Source: an uncultured Acidobacteriaceae bacterium
GTDB lineage: Bacteria; Acidobacteriota; Terriglobia; Terriglobales; Acidobacteriaceae
Length of the DNA: 64,000 nt
NCBI GenBank assembly: GCA_963724965.1
Contig: CAVRWP010000012.1
Coordinates: 21,219-85,218, forward strand
Direction of reading: 5' to 3'
The notes below the pieces were generated by a model. It was not told where the DNA came from, ran no database searches, and was given only the letters and a program-made list of their open reading frames with translations. Every line of letters begins with the position of its first letter. Position 1 is the first letter of the stretch. The position numbers and the translations under genes are program-made. Positions 9,727-19,831 of the stretch are shown here, in pieces.

Positions 9727-12268
9727 CTAGGAGTCGACCGGTCGCGGCCCGGGATGAATCGTCTCAATGCGGCGCTGGTGCTCGGCATTGCTGGGCACCG
9801 TCCAGCCGTGCTCTTCTTCCACGACACGTATGATCGGCAAACCGGTCGCGCTCGCCGCTGACCGGCCCTTCGCCGGCGGCATCTGTTCCCTCGTCCAAAC
9901 CCGCTGCAACATGTTGCCGTGAACGCTGGCGCTCATGGCAGGCGCGCCTTCCGTGGCAATCACAACGCCGCGATCCGCGCTTTGCGCCGGCGTCAGAACG
10001 ATGAAACGCTCATTCAGAATCTGGCGGTCGAAGCTGCCAAAGACGAACTGGAAGACTTCCGGGTGCTCTGAGATGCCGCCATCCCCGGTGTAGTTGATGA
10101 CGTATTCCTCATCGATGGCGTCGCCTGCGTTGAGCGACACGGTGCCGGAGTCAGGAACGGCAGGGACCGTCGTGCCATCGCCGTGCAGCACGCCGAGATG
10201 GATAAGCTGCGCTCCTTGGGGCAGTGAAATATTCCGCGCAGAGGGGCTGTTCGCCGGACGCCGAACACTGTGGACATAGACGGAAACGCTGCCGTCCGTC
10301 CGCGCGATGGCAACGTGATCATCGAGCAGCACGAATTCGTTATTCGAGGGGAAGGTCGGGTGATTGTCGCCAAGGAGATTCGCAGCGTCGCGGCGATAGG
10401 GTGCGTAAAATGCGGCTGTTTTGTCCTGGGGTTGCGCAATATCGCTCGCGGGCTCGGCAGAGGCAGCGAGGCGATGATAGTTGGCGGCGTTGGGAGCAAT
10501 GCGCAGCCAATCGACGGCTGCCTGCTGCGCAGCGCTGTCCTCTCCTGCTAACTGCATCTCGCGAATCAGCATGAGATGGGCATTACGATCGAGCGCTGCG
10601 GCAGCGGAGAATTGTTGGAGCCAACGTGCCGCCTCGGCATGGCTTCCCTGCTCGGACAAAGCTCTGGCGTAGTCCAGCGATTCTGGAGCACAGCCGTCGA
10701 GCTTGCGCTCCGTCGAAGCCGCCGCGAACTCGTCCGATTTCTGCCGATAAAAGTTCACGGCCGCCCGCAGGTTCTGGCACGAGGGATGAGCGACAATCTG
10801 TCGCTCCCAAAGTTCACTCAACGTCGCTGGCGAGCTCCCATCGCCTTGCCATGCAGCGATTGCGATTCGCAGCGCCTCGCTGTCCTTCGGGCCGCACTTC
10901 GAGAACGCCATTTACCCACCTTGCGGCTGCGGCTCGATCACCAGCGGAGAGGGCGTGTCGAGCCAACTCTTTCTCCGCAATGAAAGCGCGAGGCGTTGTC
11001 GCTTTGAGCTGCTCCCACGTTGTCAGAGCTGCTTGCGACGTCGGAGACAAGCGCTCGTAGGCCTGGCCATGAAAAAGGTAAGCGCTGCCGTGCGGTCCGC
11101 GGATGGAATCGCGTTCAACTGTTTGGCCGCCGCATCGAAGTCTCCCGCTACGTAGTGCTCGGCCGAAAGAAGATAGGTCAGCTCTTCGAGCGAGAGCTTT
11201 GACGGCGGTGGGTTGTGCAATTCCTCCTCGGCGGGAGTCATCGTCACGCGTAGCGGGATCGCGGATGCGGCAAATTTTGCGAGAACATTGTGCGGGCCAG
11301 CCGCTACTTCGAACGTCACGCTTTGCGTTCCGCCAGAATTGCCGCTGCGCGCAACGCGTGCTCCATCTACGTAAATCTCCACGTTACGTTCGCTTTCAAC
11401 TTTCACGCGCCACAGATCCGGGGGTCAACGAGGCAAAATGCGACGCAGCATAGAACGTGCCGTGACGCGACAGGTAATCCGGCAAAACGATCCTGCCGTC
11501 GGGAAACTCAAAATTCTCCCCCGCCCGGTGCTGGTACGAAGGGCGTGACACTTCGTCGGCCGTCGGAATCGAGGAATCGTCGCTGAGCCGCAGCCGGTTC
11601 AGCGGACCAACGATTCTCCAATCGGTCAAAATTCCGGCAGCCCGGGAGAGCGTGTAGGGATTCAATCCCGGCACGCCGTCCATAGCGGCCTGCAACAACG
11701 CTTCCTGCAACTCAGGCCACTCTTGTTGCGAATGGGCCAACACCGATTGAATACGCGGGATCACGTTGCGAAACTCGGGGGTATTCGCTGCCGCTTCGCG
11801 AACTCGCACTGCAGCCAGACGAACTCGCAGATCAGCCGGGGAATGTTGGCCAGCTTCGCAGAGGCGGGTTGCCGCGTCCAGGGCGGTACCAGCGTCGTCT
11901 TCCATCTCCGAGGCTTCCATCAGTACGAAGAGGGCCTCGGCGTCGCGAGGATCGCGGCGCAGCACCTGTTGACCAAGGATGCGCGAGCGATCCAGATCGG
12001 AGTGAACGAACAGCGCTGTTGCCGCCGAGTGCGCCAGTACGCTGACCGGCAGTGACGACGATTGCCCGTGGTGCACAGTCGGCGGAGTACTCCAGACAGT
12101 GCGTATGGAAGAGTGTGGCAGCTCCGCACTGCCGTCGTGCGTGAGCTTGGCGAGAGTTGGTTCTTGCGCCGACAACGCCAGCGCAACCGCGAGCGTCCCC
12201 AGCGGAAGCAGCCGAAATCGCTTTCTCAGTTGGGCTCCCCCGCCCAACGTCGCGTAGTATGGCGCCAA
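9727..12268 (-). pseudogene. large secreted protein of unknown function, reading frame broken at least 3 times
   Basis: Four colinear ORFs (11396..12268, 11023..11406, 10814..11050, 9727..10911) read on from one another after 1-nt corrections at G5 11420-11424, A5 11072-11076 and about 10885-10895. N-terminal signal peptide is RLLPLGTLAVALALSAQ. Confidence 0.6.
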
Positions 12269-12467
12269 ATCCTCGCCTGCCTTGAAAAGGATAGGTGCCA
12301 GAGTACTCCATGGAACGCGCGCTGGAAATAGTGTTTTCGCCTGATGCGGCTACAACTTTTTGGGGCCGGGCAAGGCTAAGTTGTCCGTCGTCCTGCGCTG
12401 CATTTGCCAGCAAGACATATCGCGGCTCGCTGACCCTGCGAAGCCTGAAGAGCAGGTATACTTTCTC

Positions 12468-13268
12468 ATGCCTACCCGGTTGGAAGAAATCGTCGCGGCC
12501 TCTCGACGCCAAGCTGCTGCTGCCAAAGCCGGGGCGGACATGCGCACTTTGCGCGAGGCGGCTGAACGTCACCAACCACGCGGCTTTCGTGAAACCTTGA
12601 AGAAAAAATCGGCTGCCGGAGCCGCCGTCATCGCCGAGTTGAAGAAGGCTTCGCCGTCGAAGGGCCTGATCCGCGCCGACTTTCCCGTTGCCGATCTGGC
12701 ACGAGAACTTGAGCAGGCGGGCGCCGTTGCCCTTTCCGTCCTCACCAACGAGCATTATTTCCAGGGCTCGCTTCAGAATCTCCGGATCGCGTCGTCCGCG
12801 ACCTCTCTGCCCTGTTTGCGCAAGGACTTTATCGTCGACGATTTTCAGGTCTTAGAGGCCCGGGCCTACGGCGCCGACGCCATTCTCCTGATTGTTGCTG
12901 CGCTAACCAATGATGAGTTGAGCAGCTTGCGCTCGCGCGCCGAAGAACTTCAGCTCGACGTGCTCTGCGAAGTCCACGACGGTGAGGAGATGTGGCGCGC
13001 GGTCGATGCCGGCTTCGACCTGATCGGCGTCAACAATCGCAACTTGCACACCTTCCAAGTTGATTTGAATACCTCTCTGCAACTGGCTTCGCGCATGCCT
13101 AAGAACGTGGTTAAAGTTGCGGAGAGCGGAATCGAAACCCGCAACGACATCGCAGGTTTGCGACAGGCTGGCTATGACGCGTTTCTGATCGGCGAATCGC
13201 TCATGCGCGCGCCGCGTCCCGGCGACGCGCTGCGCGAGTTACTGACGCAGTCGGCGGTCGCGCGGTGA
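12468..13268 (+). CDS. trpC: indole-3-glycerol phosphate synthase
   Basis: AELKKASPSKGLI motif. The inner ATG at 12468 (MPTRLEEIV) gives the canonical length. The stop overlaps the trpF start. Confidence 0.9.
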   Translation: MPTRLEEIVAASRRQAAAAKAGADMRTLREAAERHQPRGFRETLKKKSAAGAAVIAELKKASPSKGLIRADFPVADLARELEQAGAVALSVLTNEHYFQGSLQNLRIASSATSLPCLRKDFIVDDFQVLEARAYGADAILLIVAALTNDELSSLRSRAEELQLDVLCEVHDGEEMWRAVDAGFDLIGVNNRNLHTFQVDLNTSLQLASRMPKNVVKVAESGIETRNDIAGLRQAGYDAFLIGESLMRAPRPGDALRELLTQSAVAR

Positions 13269-13951
13269 TCAGCCAGCAACATGGCGCGATTTGGATCAAG
13301 ATCTGCGGCACGACAAACCTTCGGGATGCGCAGTTGAGCGTCGCCGCTGGCGCCGACGCGTTGGGCTTTATCTTCGCGCCAAGCCGACGGCAGATTGAAC
13401 TAGCCCCCGCGAAAGAGATCGTCGCCGCCGTAGCGGGCGAAGTTGAGTGCATCGGCGTCTTCGTCAATGCCAGTCCCGAGCGAGTGGCGGAAGTCGCCGA
13501 CGAAGTTGGGTTGTCCGGCGTGCAATTGCATGGCGATGAAGGGCCGGGAATGTTGCCCGAGTTCCGTCGCACGCTGGGCCAGCGCAAGCTCATCAAGACG
13601 CTTCAGGTCGGCAGCCTGCTGGCCGGCAGCGAGTCGCGACTTGAAGAGTACGTGGGGTTGCGCGATGTCGTAGACGCCATCCTGCTCGACTCAGGGTGGG
13701 TTCAACAGCGAGGCGGCACCGGAGCGGCGTTCAACTGGGAAAGCGCGCTGCCGATCGCTTCGCGCATCCGCGAACGGATGCCGCTGATCGTCGCCGGCGG
13801 GCTGAACGCCGGGAACGTCGGCCGGGCGATCGAGTTGTTTCAACCTTGGGGTGTTGACGCCGTCAGCGGTATCGAGAGCGCGCCCGGACAGAAAGATGAA
13901 GCTAAGCTGCGCGAGTTTGTGAGCGCGGTACGACAACACACAGGGCAGTAG
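13265..13951 (+). CDS. trpF: phosphoribosylanthranilate isomerase
   Basis: IKICGTT N-terminal motif. The GTG start overlaps the trpC stop (GTGA). Confidence 0.85.
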   Translation: MISQQHGAIWIKICGTTNLRDAQLSVAAGADALGFIFAPSRRQIELAPAKEIVAAVAGEVECIGVFVNASPERVAEVADEVGLSGVQLHGDEGPGMLPEFRRTLGQRKLIKTLQVGSLLAGSESRLEEYVGLRDVVDAILLDSGWVQQRGGTGAAFNWESALPIASRIRERMPLIVAGGLNAGNVGRAIELFQPWGVDAVSGIESAPGQKDEAKLREFVSAVRQHTGQ

Positions 13952-13960
13952 AAGGGGATC

Positions 13961-15208
13961 ATGGAAGAGACCAACGGCGCACCTATGGGAGCGACACCCA
14001 TTCCATCCGCAAGTAATCCGACGCCGCAAGCTCGCGTTGCCGCCGGGCGTTTTGGCGCCTACGGCGGACGCTATGTTCCCGAGACGCTGATGGCGGCCTT
14101 GCAGGAGCTGGAAGCTGCTTATGCCACGGCTCGTAGAGACAAGTCATTCCGCGACGACCTTCATCGCCTGCTCGCCGACTTTGCTGGACGCCCCACGCCG
14201 CTCTTCTTCGCTGAACGCCTCACGAAAGAACTCGGCGGCGCGAAAATCTACCTGAAGCGCGAAGACCTGCTGCACACCGGCGCACACAAAATCAACAACT
14301 GCATCGGGCAGGCGCTGCTGGCGCGCCGCATGGGCAAGCATCGCATCATCGCGGAGACCGGCGCGGGCCAGCATGGCGTTGCTACTGCGACGGTGTGCGC
14401 TCTCTTCGGCATGGAGTGCGTCGTCTATATGGGCACCCAAGACATGCGGCGACAGGAATTGAATGTCTTTCGCATGCGCCTGCTGGGAGCCGAGGTGCGC
14501 GGAGTGGAATCGGGTTCGCGCACCTTGAAGGACGCGATCAACGAGGCCATGCGCGACTGGGTCACCAACGTCCGCACCACGCATTACCTGCTGGGCAGCG
14601 TGCTGGGCGCGCATCCGTATCCAACGATGGTGCGCGACTTCCATCGCGTGATCAGCCAGGAGGCGCGCAAGCAAATCCTGAAGGCTGAGGGGCAGTTGCC
14701 AAGCGCAATCATCGCCTGCGTCGGCGGCGGATCAAACGCGATTGGAGCGTTCTACGAGTTCATCAAGGATAAGGATGTGAAGTTGATTGGCGTCGAAGCC
14801 GGAGGCCGCGGCCACGCGCTGGGCGAGCACGCGGCGCGCTTCGAAGGCGGTGGTCCCGGAGTTCTGCAGGGAACGTATTCCTATGTTTTGCAGGACAAGG
14901 CGGGACAAATCGCGCTGACGCACTCGGTGTCGGCTGGCCTTGATTATCCCGCGATCGGTCCCGAGCATGCGGAACTGCACGATCAGGGCCGGGCAGAGTA
15001 CGTAGCAGCCAGCGATCAGGAGGCCTTGGACGCCTGCCGCACGCTGGCACGATTGGAAGGAATTATTCCTGCGCTGGAGTCATCGCACGCGGTGGCCGAG
15101 TGTATCAAGCGTGCGCCGAAGATGCAGCCGGGCGACATTGTCATCGTGAATGTGTCGGGCCGCGGCGATAAGGACATCGGGATTCTGCGCGAGAATCTGA
15201 AATTCTAA
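13961..15208 (+). CDS. trpB: tryptophan synthase beta chain
   Basis: [16 protein letters not shown] (PLP lysine motif) and GGGSNAIG. 415 aa. Confidence 0.95.
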   Translation: MEETNGAPMGATPIPSASNPTPQARVAAGRFGAYGGRYVPETLMAALQELEAAYATARRDKSFRDDLHRLLADFAGRPTPLFFAERLTKELGGAKIYLKREDLLHTGAHKINNCIGQALLARRMGKHRIIAETGAGQHGVATATVCALFGMECVVYMGTQDMRRQELNVFRMRLLGAEVRGVESGSRTLKDAINEAMRDWVTNVRTTHYLLGSVLGAHPYPTMVRDFHRVISQEARKQILKAEGQLPSAIIACVGGGSNAIGAFYEFIKDKDVKLIGVEAGGRGHALGEHAARFEGGGPGVLQGTYSYVLQDKAGQIALTHSVSAGLDYPAIGPEHAELHDQGRAEYVAASDQEALDACRTLARLEGIIPALESSHAVAECIKRAPKMQPGDIVIVNVSGRGDKDIGILRENLKF

Positions 15209-15218
15209 GTGAGGCGGA

Positions 15219-15292
15219 TTCACCACGAAGGGACGGATTACACGGAGGAAAATCGAGAGTAAACCTTCGTGACCTCGTTTCTCAGTGGTGAA
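15219..15292. repeat. REP-like hairpin element, family C (TTCACCAC...GTGGTGAA)
   Basis: Arms ttcaccacgaagg and ccttcgtg...cagtggtgaa. The same arm sequences occur at 16145..16195 and 40055..40147. Confidence 0.6.
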
Positions 15293-15300
15293 CAATTCGT

Positions 15301-16098
15301 TTGCTGGAGAGTTCGTTGGCGATTCAATTCAAACATCATCCCGGACTGGTTGCTTACATCACCTGCGGCGATCCCGATCTTGAGACCTCGCGCGAGGTTG
15401 CGCTGGCTGCGATCGGCGCGGGCGCCGACGTCATCGAGTTGGGCGTCCCGTTCAGCGATCCCGTCGCCGATGGACCGGTGATTCAACGGGCCAGTGAGCG
15501 CGCCCTGCAGCACGGCACCGACCTTGCCGGAGTGCTCGATGTCGCCCGGCAGATTCGCAGCCAGTCGAACGCGGGGCTCGTCATCTTCTCTTATCTGAAT
15601 CCGATTTTGCAGTTTGGCCTGGATGCCTTTTGCGCCGCGGCCGCCAATGCTGGTGTCGATGGAGCGCTGGTCACCGACCTGCCGATGGAAGAAGCGGGCG
15701 ATTACCTGAAGACGATGAAGGTGCACAAGCTCGCGCCCATATTCCTGGCGGCGCCCACCAGCACCGATGATCGCCTGCGGCAAATCGCCAAACACTCGCG
15801 CGGATTTGTTTACGCCATCTCGCGTACCGGCATCACCGGCGCGCGGCAGGAATTGGCAGGCGACGCGCGTTCGCTGGTCGAGCGGCTGCGAGCCTTCACC
15901 AAGCTCCCGATTGCTGTCGGCTTTGGTGTCTCCACGCCGGAGCAGTTCGCAGAAGTAGGCAGCTTCGCCGATGCGGCGGTTGTGGGCAGCGCGATCGTTC
16001 AGCGCATTGAACAGAATCGCGGTCGCGAGGCGAAGGCTGTGGCAGAATTCCTGTCTTCCCTTTCAGCAGCGGCGCGGCATGCAGGAGCAAGCAGGTAA
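15301..16098 (+). CDS. trpA: tryptophan synthase alpha chain
   Basis: ELGVPFSDPVADGPVIQ motif. TTG start. 265 aa. Confidence 0.9.
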   Translation: MLESSLAIQFKHHPGLVAYITCGDPDLETSREVALAAIGAGADVIELGVPFSDPVADGPVIQRASERALQHGTDLAGVLDVARQIRSQSNAGLVIFSYLNPILQFGLDAFCAAAANAGVDGALVTDLPMEEAGDYLKTMKVHKLAPIFLAAPTSTDDRLRQIAKHSRGFVYAISRTGITGARQELAGDARSLVERLRAFTKLPIAVGFGVSTPEQFAEVGSFADAAVVGSAIVQRIEQNRGREAKAVAEFLSSLSAAARHAGASR

Positions 16099-16144
16099 CA
16101 GCCGGCGAGGAGCGCACGAAATATTGGACCGTTGCAGGATTTAA

Positions 16145-16195
16145 TTCACCACGGACGCACGGAGAACACTGACGAGTCTGTAACTCTGTGGTGAA
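16145..16195. repeat. REP-like hairpin element, family C
   Basis: ttcaccacgga ... ctgtggtgaa inverted arms in the trpA / chorismate mutase spacer. Confidence 0.6.
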
Positions 16196-16212
16196 GATCA
16201 AGTTTTATTGTC

Positions 16213-16527
16213 ATGGACATCGCGGATTGGCGTAAGAAGATCGACGAATTGGATCAGCAGCTGGTGCGGCTGATCAACGAACGCGCCGTGTGTGCGGTCG
16301 AGATCGGCAAGCTGAAGCAGGGGCTAGCCATGCCAGTCTACGAGCCCGACCGCGAGCGGATTATCTTCGACCATATCGCGCAGATGAATCACGGACCGCT
16401 GTCGCAAATCCAGTTGCGGCAGGTGTACGAGCGACTGATCGACGTGATGCGCCAGGTGCAGAGGGTGGACGTTGAAGTCGATGTCGAAGGTGGGCGCAAC
16501 GGGACCGAGCTGGAACCGAAAGACTGA
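16213..16527 (+). CDS. chorismate mutase (AroQ class)
   Basis: 104-aa all-helical protein. WRKKIDELDQQLVRLINERAVCAVEIGKLK is typical of AroQ. It sits in the aromatic cluster. Confidence 0.85.
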   Translation: MDIADWRKKIDELDQQLVRLINERAVCAVEIGKLKQGLAMPVYEPDRERIIFDHIAQMNHGPLSQIQLRQVYERLIDVMRQVQRVDVEVDVEGGRNGTELEPKD

Positions 16528-16531
16528 ACAA

Positions 16532-16632
16532 CAGTCGCCAGCAGCCAGCCGCCAGTCGTCAGTTGTGTTCGAACCAGAGTTCAACCTTAAGCGAATGGCT
16601 AATTGCCAAATGCTAATTGCTAATTGCAATAG
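16532..16632. repeat. two heptanucleotide tandem arrays: CAGNNGN x5 (16532-16566) and GCTAATT-like x6 (16591-16632)
   Basis: Read directly: cagtcgc cagcagc cagccgc cagtcgt cagttgt, and gcgaatg gctaatt gccaaat gctaatt gctaatt gcaatag. Confidence 0.7.
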
Positions 16633-16651
16633 AGTTTCTAAGGTCTAAATC

Positions 16652-17668
16652 ATGATCGTTGCAATGTGGGAGACGGCGAGCGAAGACCAGATTCAGGAGG
16701 TCACCAACCATCTGATCAAGATGGGCTTTGCCGTACACCGCACCACCGGCGCACGGCAGAGCGTGCTGGCCGCAGTCGGCAAGCGCATCGACTTCGACAT
16801 TCGTGAACTGGAAGTGCTGCCGGGTGTGCAGACGGTACACCGCATCAGCGCACCGTACAAGCTTGTGGGGCGAACCTTCCGGCCCGAAGGGACCGTGGTG
16901 AAGCTGCCGAACGGCGTTGAGATTGGCGGCAAACACGTTGTTGTGATGGCCGGGCCATGTTCCGTAGAATCGCGGGCGCAGATCTTTGCCGCGGCGGAGA
17001 TAGTCTGCGCGGCCGGCGCAAAGGTCCTGCGCGGCGGCGCATTCAAGCCACGCAGCTCGCCATACACGTTTCAGGGGTTGGGCATCGAGGCACTCAAGTT
17101 GATGCGGGAGGCCGCCGACGCCCACGGGCTGCTGGTCATCAGCGAGGTGATGGAGATTTCGCAGATCGAGCTGATGATGCCGTACATCGACATCTTCCAG
17201 GTAGGCGCGCGAAACATGCAGAATTTCAACCTGCTGCGCGAGGTCGGCAAGATTCGCAAGCCGGTGCTGATGAAGCGCGGCATCGCGGCCACCATTGAAG
17301 AGACGCTGCTGTCGGCCGAGTACATTATGTCAGGTGGCAACTACGACGTCATGCTGTGCGAGCGCGGCATTCGCACCTTCGAGACCTACACGCGCAACAC
17401 GATGGACATCTCAGCGATCCCGGTGGTACACAAGCTGTCGCACCTGCCCATCGTCGCCGATCCGTCGCACGGAACCGGTCTGCGTGACAAGGTCGCACCC
17501 ATGGCGCGAGCCTCTGTTGCTGCCGGGGCCGACGCGCTGCTGATCGAGGTGCATCCCTCGCCGGACGAGGCTCTGTCGGATGGCGCGCAGTCGCTCTTCC
17601 CCGAGCAGTTCACCGAGCTGATGGAGCAGTTGAGGATGATCGCGCCTGCAGTGGGTAGGACGATCTAG
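16652..17668 (+). CDS. 3-deoxy-7-phosphoheptulonate (DAHP) synthase, type I-beta with N-terminal regulatory domain
   Basis: GPCSVES and [13 protein letters not shown] motifs. A roughly 70-aa ferredoxin-like N-terminal extension. Confidence 0.9.
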   Translation: MIVAMWETASEDQIQEVTNHLIKMGFAVHRTTGARQSVLAAVGKRIDFDIRELEVLPGVQTVHRISAPYKLVGRTFRPEGTVVKLPNGVEIGGKHVVVMAGPCSVESRAQIFAAAEIVCAAGAKVLRGGAFKPRSSPYTFQGLGIEALKLMREAADAHGLLVISEVMEISQIELMMPYIDIFQVGARNMQNFNLLREVGKIRKPVLMKRGIAATIEETLLSAEYIMSGGNYDVMLCERGIRTFETYTRNTMDISAIPVVHKLSHLPIVADPSHGTGLRDKVAPMARASVAAGADALLIEVHPSPDEALSDGAQSLFPEQFTELMEQLRMIAPAVGRTI

Positions 17669-17686
17669 GGCTTATGGGACGTTCAT

Positions 17687-17835
17687 GGGTGGAGCATCGC
17701 TTCAGCGATGCGATTCACGAAGATGTGGGACACGAGGCTTCAGCCGCTGCGGTAAGTCAAGCGAATAACCTCAGGTGCTGAAGCGCGACTTCCTGATATT
17801 GACCTTCTGCGCATGCCTGAAGGCATGCTCCACCC
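17687..17835. repeat. nested-palindrome MITE/REP-like element, family A (GGGTGGAGCA-hairpin ... hairpin-TGCTCCACCC)
   Basis: Outer arms are gggtggagcatcgcttcagcgatgc and gcatgcctgaaggcatgctccaccc. Inner arms are ggcttcagccgctgcgg and cctcaggtgctgaagc. The architecture matches 26325..26467. Confidence 0.65.
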
Positions 17836-17854
17836 GTGTAAACACTTTTGGACG

Positions 17855-18734
17855 ATGCGCATTCAGCAAATCACGATTGTCGGCACCGGGCTGATCGGCG
17901 GGTCGCTCGGGCTTGCGCTAAAACAGGCTGGCTTCTCCGGTGACATCATCGGCTGCGACAGGCGGGACGTGCTGGAAATCGCTCAGGCACGGAACGCTAT
18001 CGACCGAGCCGAAACCGATCTTGAGCGTGCAATCATCGGGAGTCAGGTCGTCATCCTGGCAACGCCTGTCGGCTGCATACTCTCGCAAATGGCATTGATT
18101 GCCCCGCTGCTGCCTTCAGGAGCGCTTATCACCGATGTCGGCAGTACCAAGCACAAGCTCGCCGAACAGGCCTGCGAAACTTTTCGGCAAGGACGCGTAC
18201 GAAAGGTATTTGCCAGGACATCCCATGGCAGGCAAAGAAGTGGGAGGCATTGAGCAGGCGGACGCTAATCTGTTCTTCAATGCAGTCTGGCTGATCACAC
18301 CATCCGATCCGAGTCTTCCGTTCACAACTTTGCAGCAGGAGTACTTGCAACTGCTTTTAGATATCGGCGCGCGGATCATGGTGATCGATTGTGAACGGCA
18401 CGATCGACTCTGCGCCTGGATCAGCCATCTGCCGCAGATGATGGCCACAGCACTGGCATCTGCGTTACGAGAGGAACTGGGCGACGACGCAAGTGTAGCC
18501 CAGATTGGCGGACGCGCCCTGCGCGAGATGACCCGAATCGCCCACAGTCCATATTCCATGTGGCGCGACATCGCTATGACCAACACGGGCAACATCGAAG
18601 ACGCGCTGCTGCGCTTTGAGCAGCAACTGGCGGAGTTGCGGGAGAATTTGCGCGGACCGGGACTGCGGGAGATGTTCGAGAGCGCCAATCAGTTTGGGAA
18701 AGACAGGGACCAGGGGTCGGAGTCCAGGGACTAG
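17855..18734 (+). pseudogene. tyrA: prephenate dehydrogenase, one frame disruption
   Basis: IVGTGLIGGS Rossmann motif in ORF 17813..18253 and GHPMAGKE in ORF 18099..18734. The frames join after removing 1 nt in gaaactttt (18177-18184). Start MRIQQITIVG at 17855; the upstream ATG at 17813 lies inside the family A repeat. Confidence 0.8.
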
Positions 18735-18739
18735 GCCCA
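18705..18739. repeat. heptad-periodic tract AGGGNNN x5 straddling the tyrA stop codon
   Basis: agggacc aggggtc ggagtcc agggact aggccca. Confidence 0.5.
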
Positions 18740-18799
18740 CAGACGTAAGAGGTGAATCAAGCCGCAAACGCCGTGCTGTGATGTGAGGGAGTAAGGAAA

Positions 18800-18947
18800 T
18801 TGTCATCACGAGCGCAGCGAGGGAAGTCTAGTCGCAGAGTCGAGGGCTTGCGTTGTTTACATTCCGATGGGATGGGTGATGCGGAAGAATGAACGATCCT
18901 GCCGATTCCGGCAAACAGCAGATCCCTCGCTGCGCTCGTGATGACAA
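18800..18947. repeat. MITE-like element, family B (TTGTCATCACGAGCGCAGCGAGGGA terminal inverted repeats)
   Basis: Left arm ttgtcatcacgagcgcagcgaggga and right arm tccctcgctgcgctcgtgatgacaa form an almost perfect 25-nt inverted repeat about 100 bp apart. Related copies are at 21121, 47770 and 54540. Confidence 0.7.
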
Positions 18948-18987
18948 CCACACAACAGAAAAACTGCAGCCAGCATCACGCTTCGTT

Positions 18988-19045
18988 CCCTAGCCCCTAG
19001 CCCCTAGCCCCTAGCCCCTAGCCCCTAGCCCCTAGCCCCTAGCCC
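18988..19045. repeat. perfect heptanucleotide tandem repeat (CCCCTAG) x8
   Basis: Read directly, 60-115 nt upstream of scoA. The complementary strand is (CTAGGGG)n. Confidence 0.95.
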
Positions 19046-19104
19046 GTGGCTTTTGCGCCCGCCCTTCCCTCCCCATTACAATCGCGGGTCGGACGAAAAC
19101 CTCT

Positions 19105-19806
19105 ATGGCAATGAACAAGGTTGTGACGAACGCCGATGCGGCGGTACACGACATTCAGGACGGCGCCACCCTCATGGTCGGCGGCTTCGGGCTGTGCGGC
19201 ATTCCTGAGAATCTCATCAAGGCGCTGGTCAAGAAGGGCGTTAAGAACCTGCACACCATCAGCAACAACGTTGGCGTCGACGACTTCGGTCTCGGCCTAC
19301 TCCTGGCTGCCGGGCAAATCACTTCGCATAAGGGCAGCTACGTGGGCGAGAACAAGTTGCTCGAAGATATGGTGCTGACCGGGCGCATCGATCTCGAACT
19401 GGTTCCGCAGGGAACCCTGGCCGAGCGCATTCGCGCGGGCGGCGCAGGTATTCCGGCGTTCTACACGCCGACTGGATTTGGAACAGTGGTCGCCGAGGGC
19501 AAGGAGACGCGGGAGTTCAGCGGCCGGCCTTATGTCCTTGAGCGCGGGATGACCGCTGACTTTGCGCTCATCAAGGCGTGGAAGGGCGATCGCTGGGGCA
19601 ATCTTATCTATCGCAAGACGGCGCGCAATTTCAATCCCATGATGGCTACCGCCGGCAGAATTACAATCGCCGAGGTCGAGCATCTGGTCGAGCCCGGCGA
19701 ACTCGAGCCGGACCAGATTCATACCCCAAGCGTGTATGTGCATCGCATCTTCCAAGGATCGGATTACGAGAAGAGGATTGAGCGGCGTACGGTGAGGAAA
19801 GCCTAG
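19105..19806 (+). CDS. scoA: 3-oxoacid CoA-transferase subunit A
   Basis: [13 protein letters not shown] motif. 233 aa. Confidence 0.9.
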   Translation: MAMNKVVTNADAAVHDIQDGATLMVGGFGLCGIPENLIKALVKKGVKNLHTISNNVGVDDFGLGLLLAAGQITSHKGSYVGENKLLEDMVLTGRIDLELVPQGTLAERIRAGGAGIPAFYTPTGFGTVVAEGKETREFSGRPYVLERGMTADFALIKAWKGDRWGNLIYRKTARNFNPMMATAGRITIAEVEHLVEPGELEPDQIHTPSVYVHRIFQGSDYEKRIERRTVRKA

Positions 19807-19831
19807 CCGTCAGCCGGATGAAGAAGGAGCC

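Noticed and set aside
17813-17854. The upstream ATG (MPEGMLHPCKHFWT) as the tyrA start.
   Set aside because: These codons are the right arm of the family A repeat (gcatgcctgaaggcatgctccaccc). The MRIQQITIVGTGLIGG start at 17855 gives the canonical distance to the Rossmann motif.
18988-19045. Heptamer array as a CRISPR array or telomere-like repeat.
   Set aside because: The unit is only 7 nt with no spacers. No cas genes are present. The array is internal to a chromosome segment.
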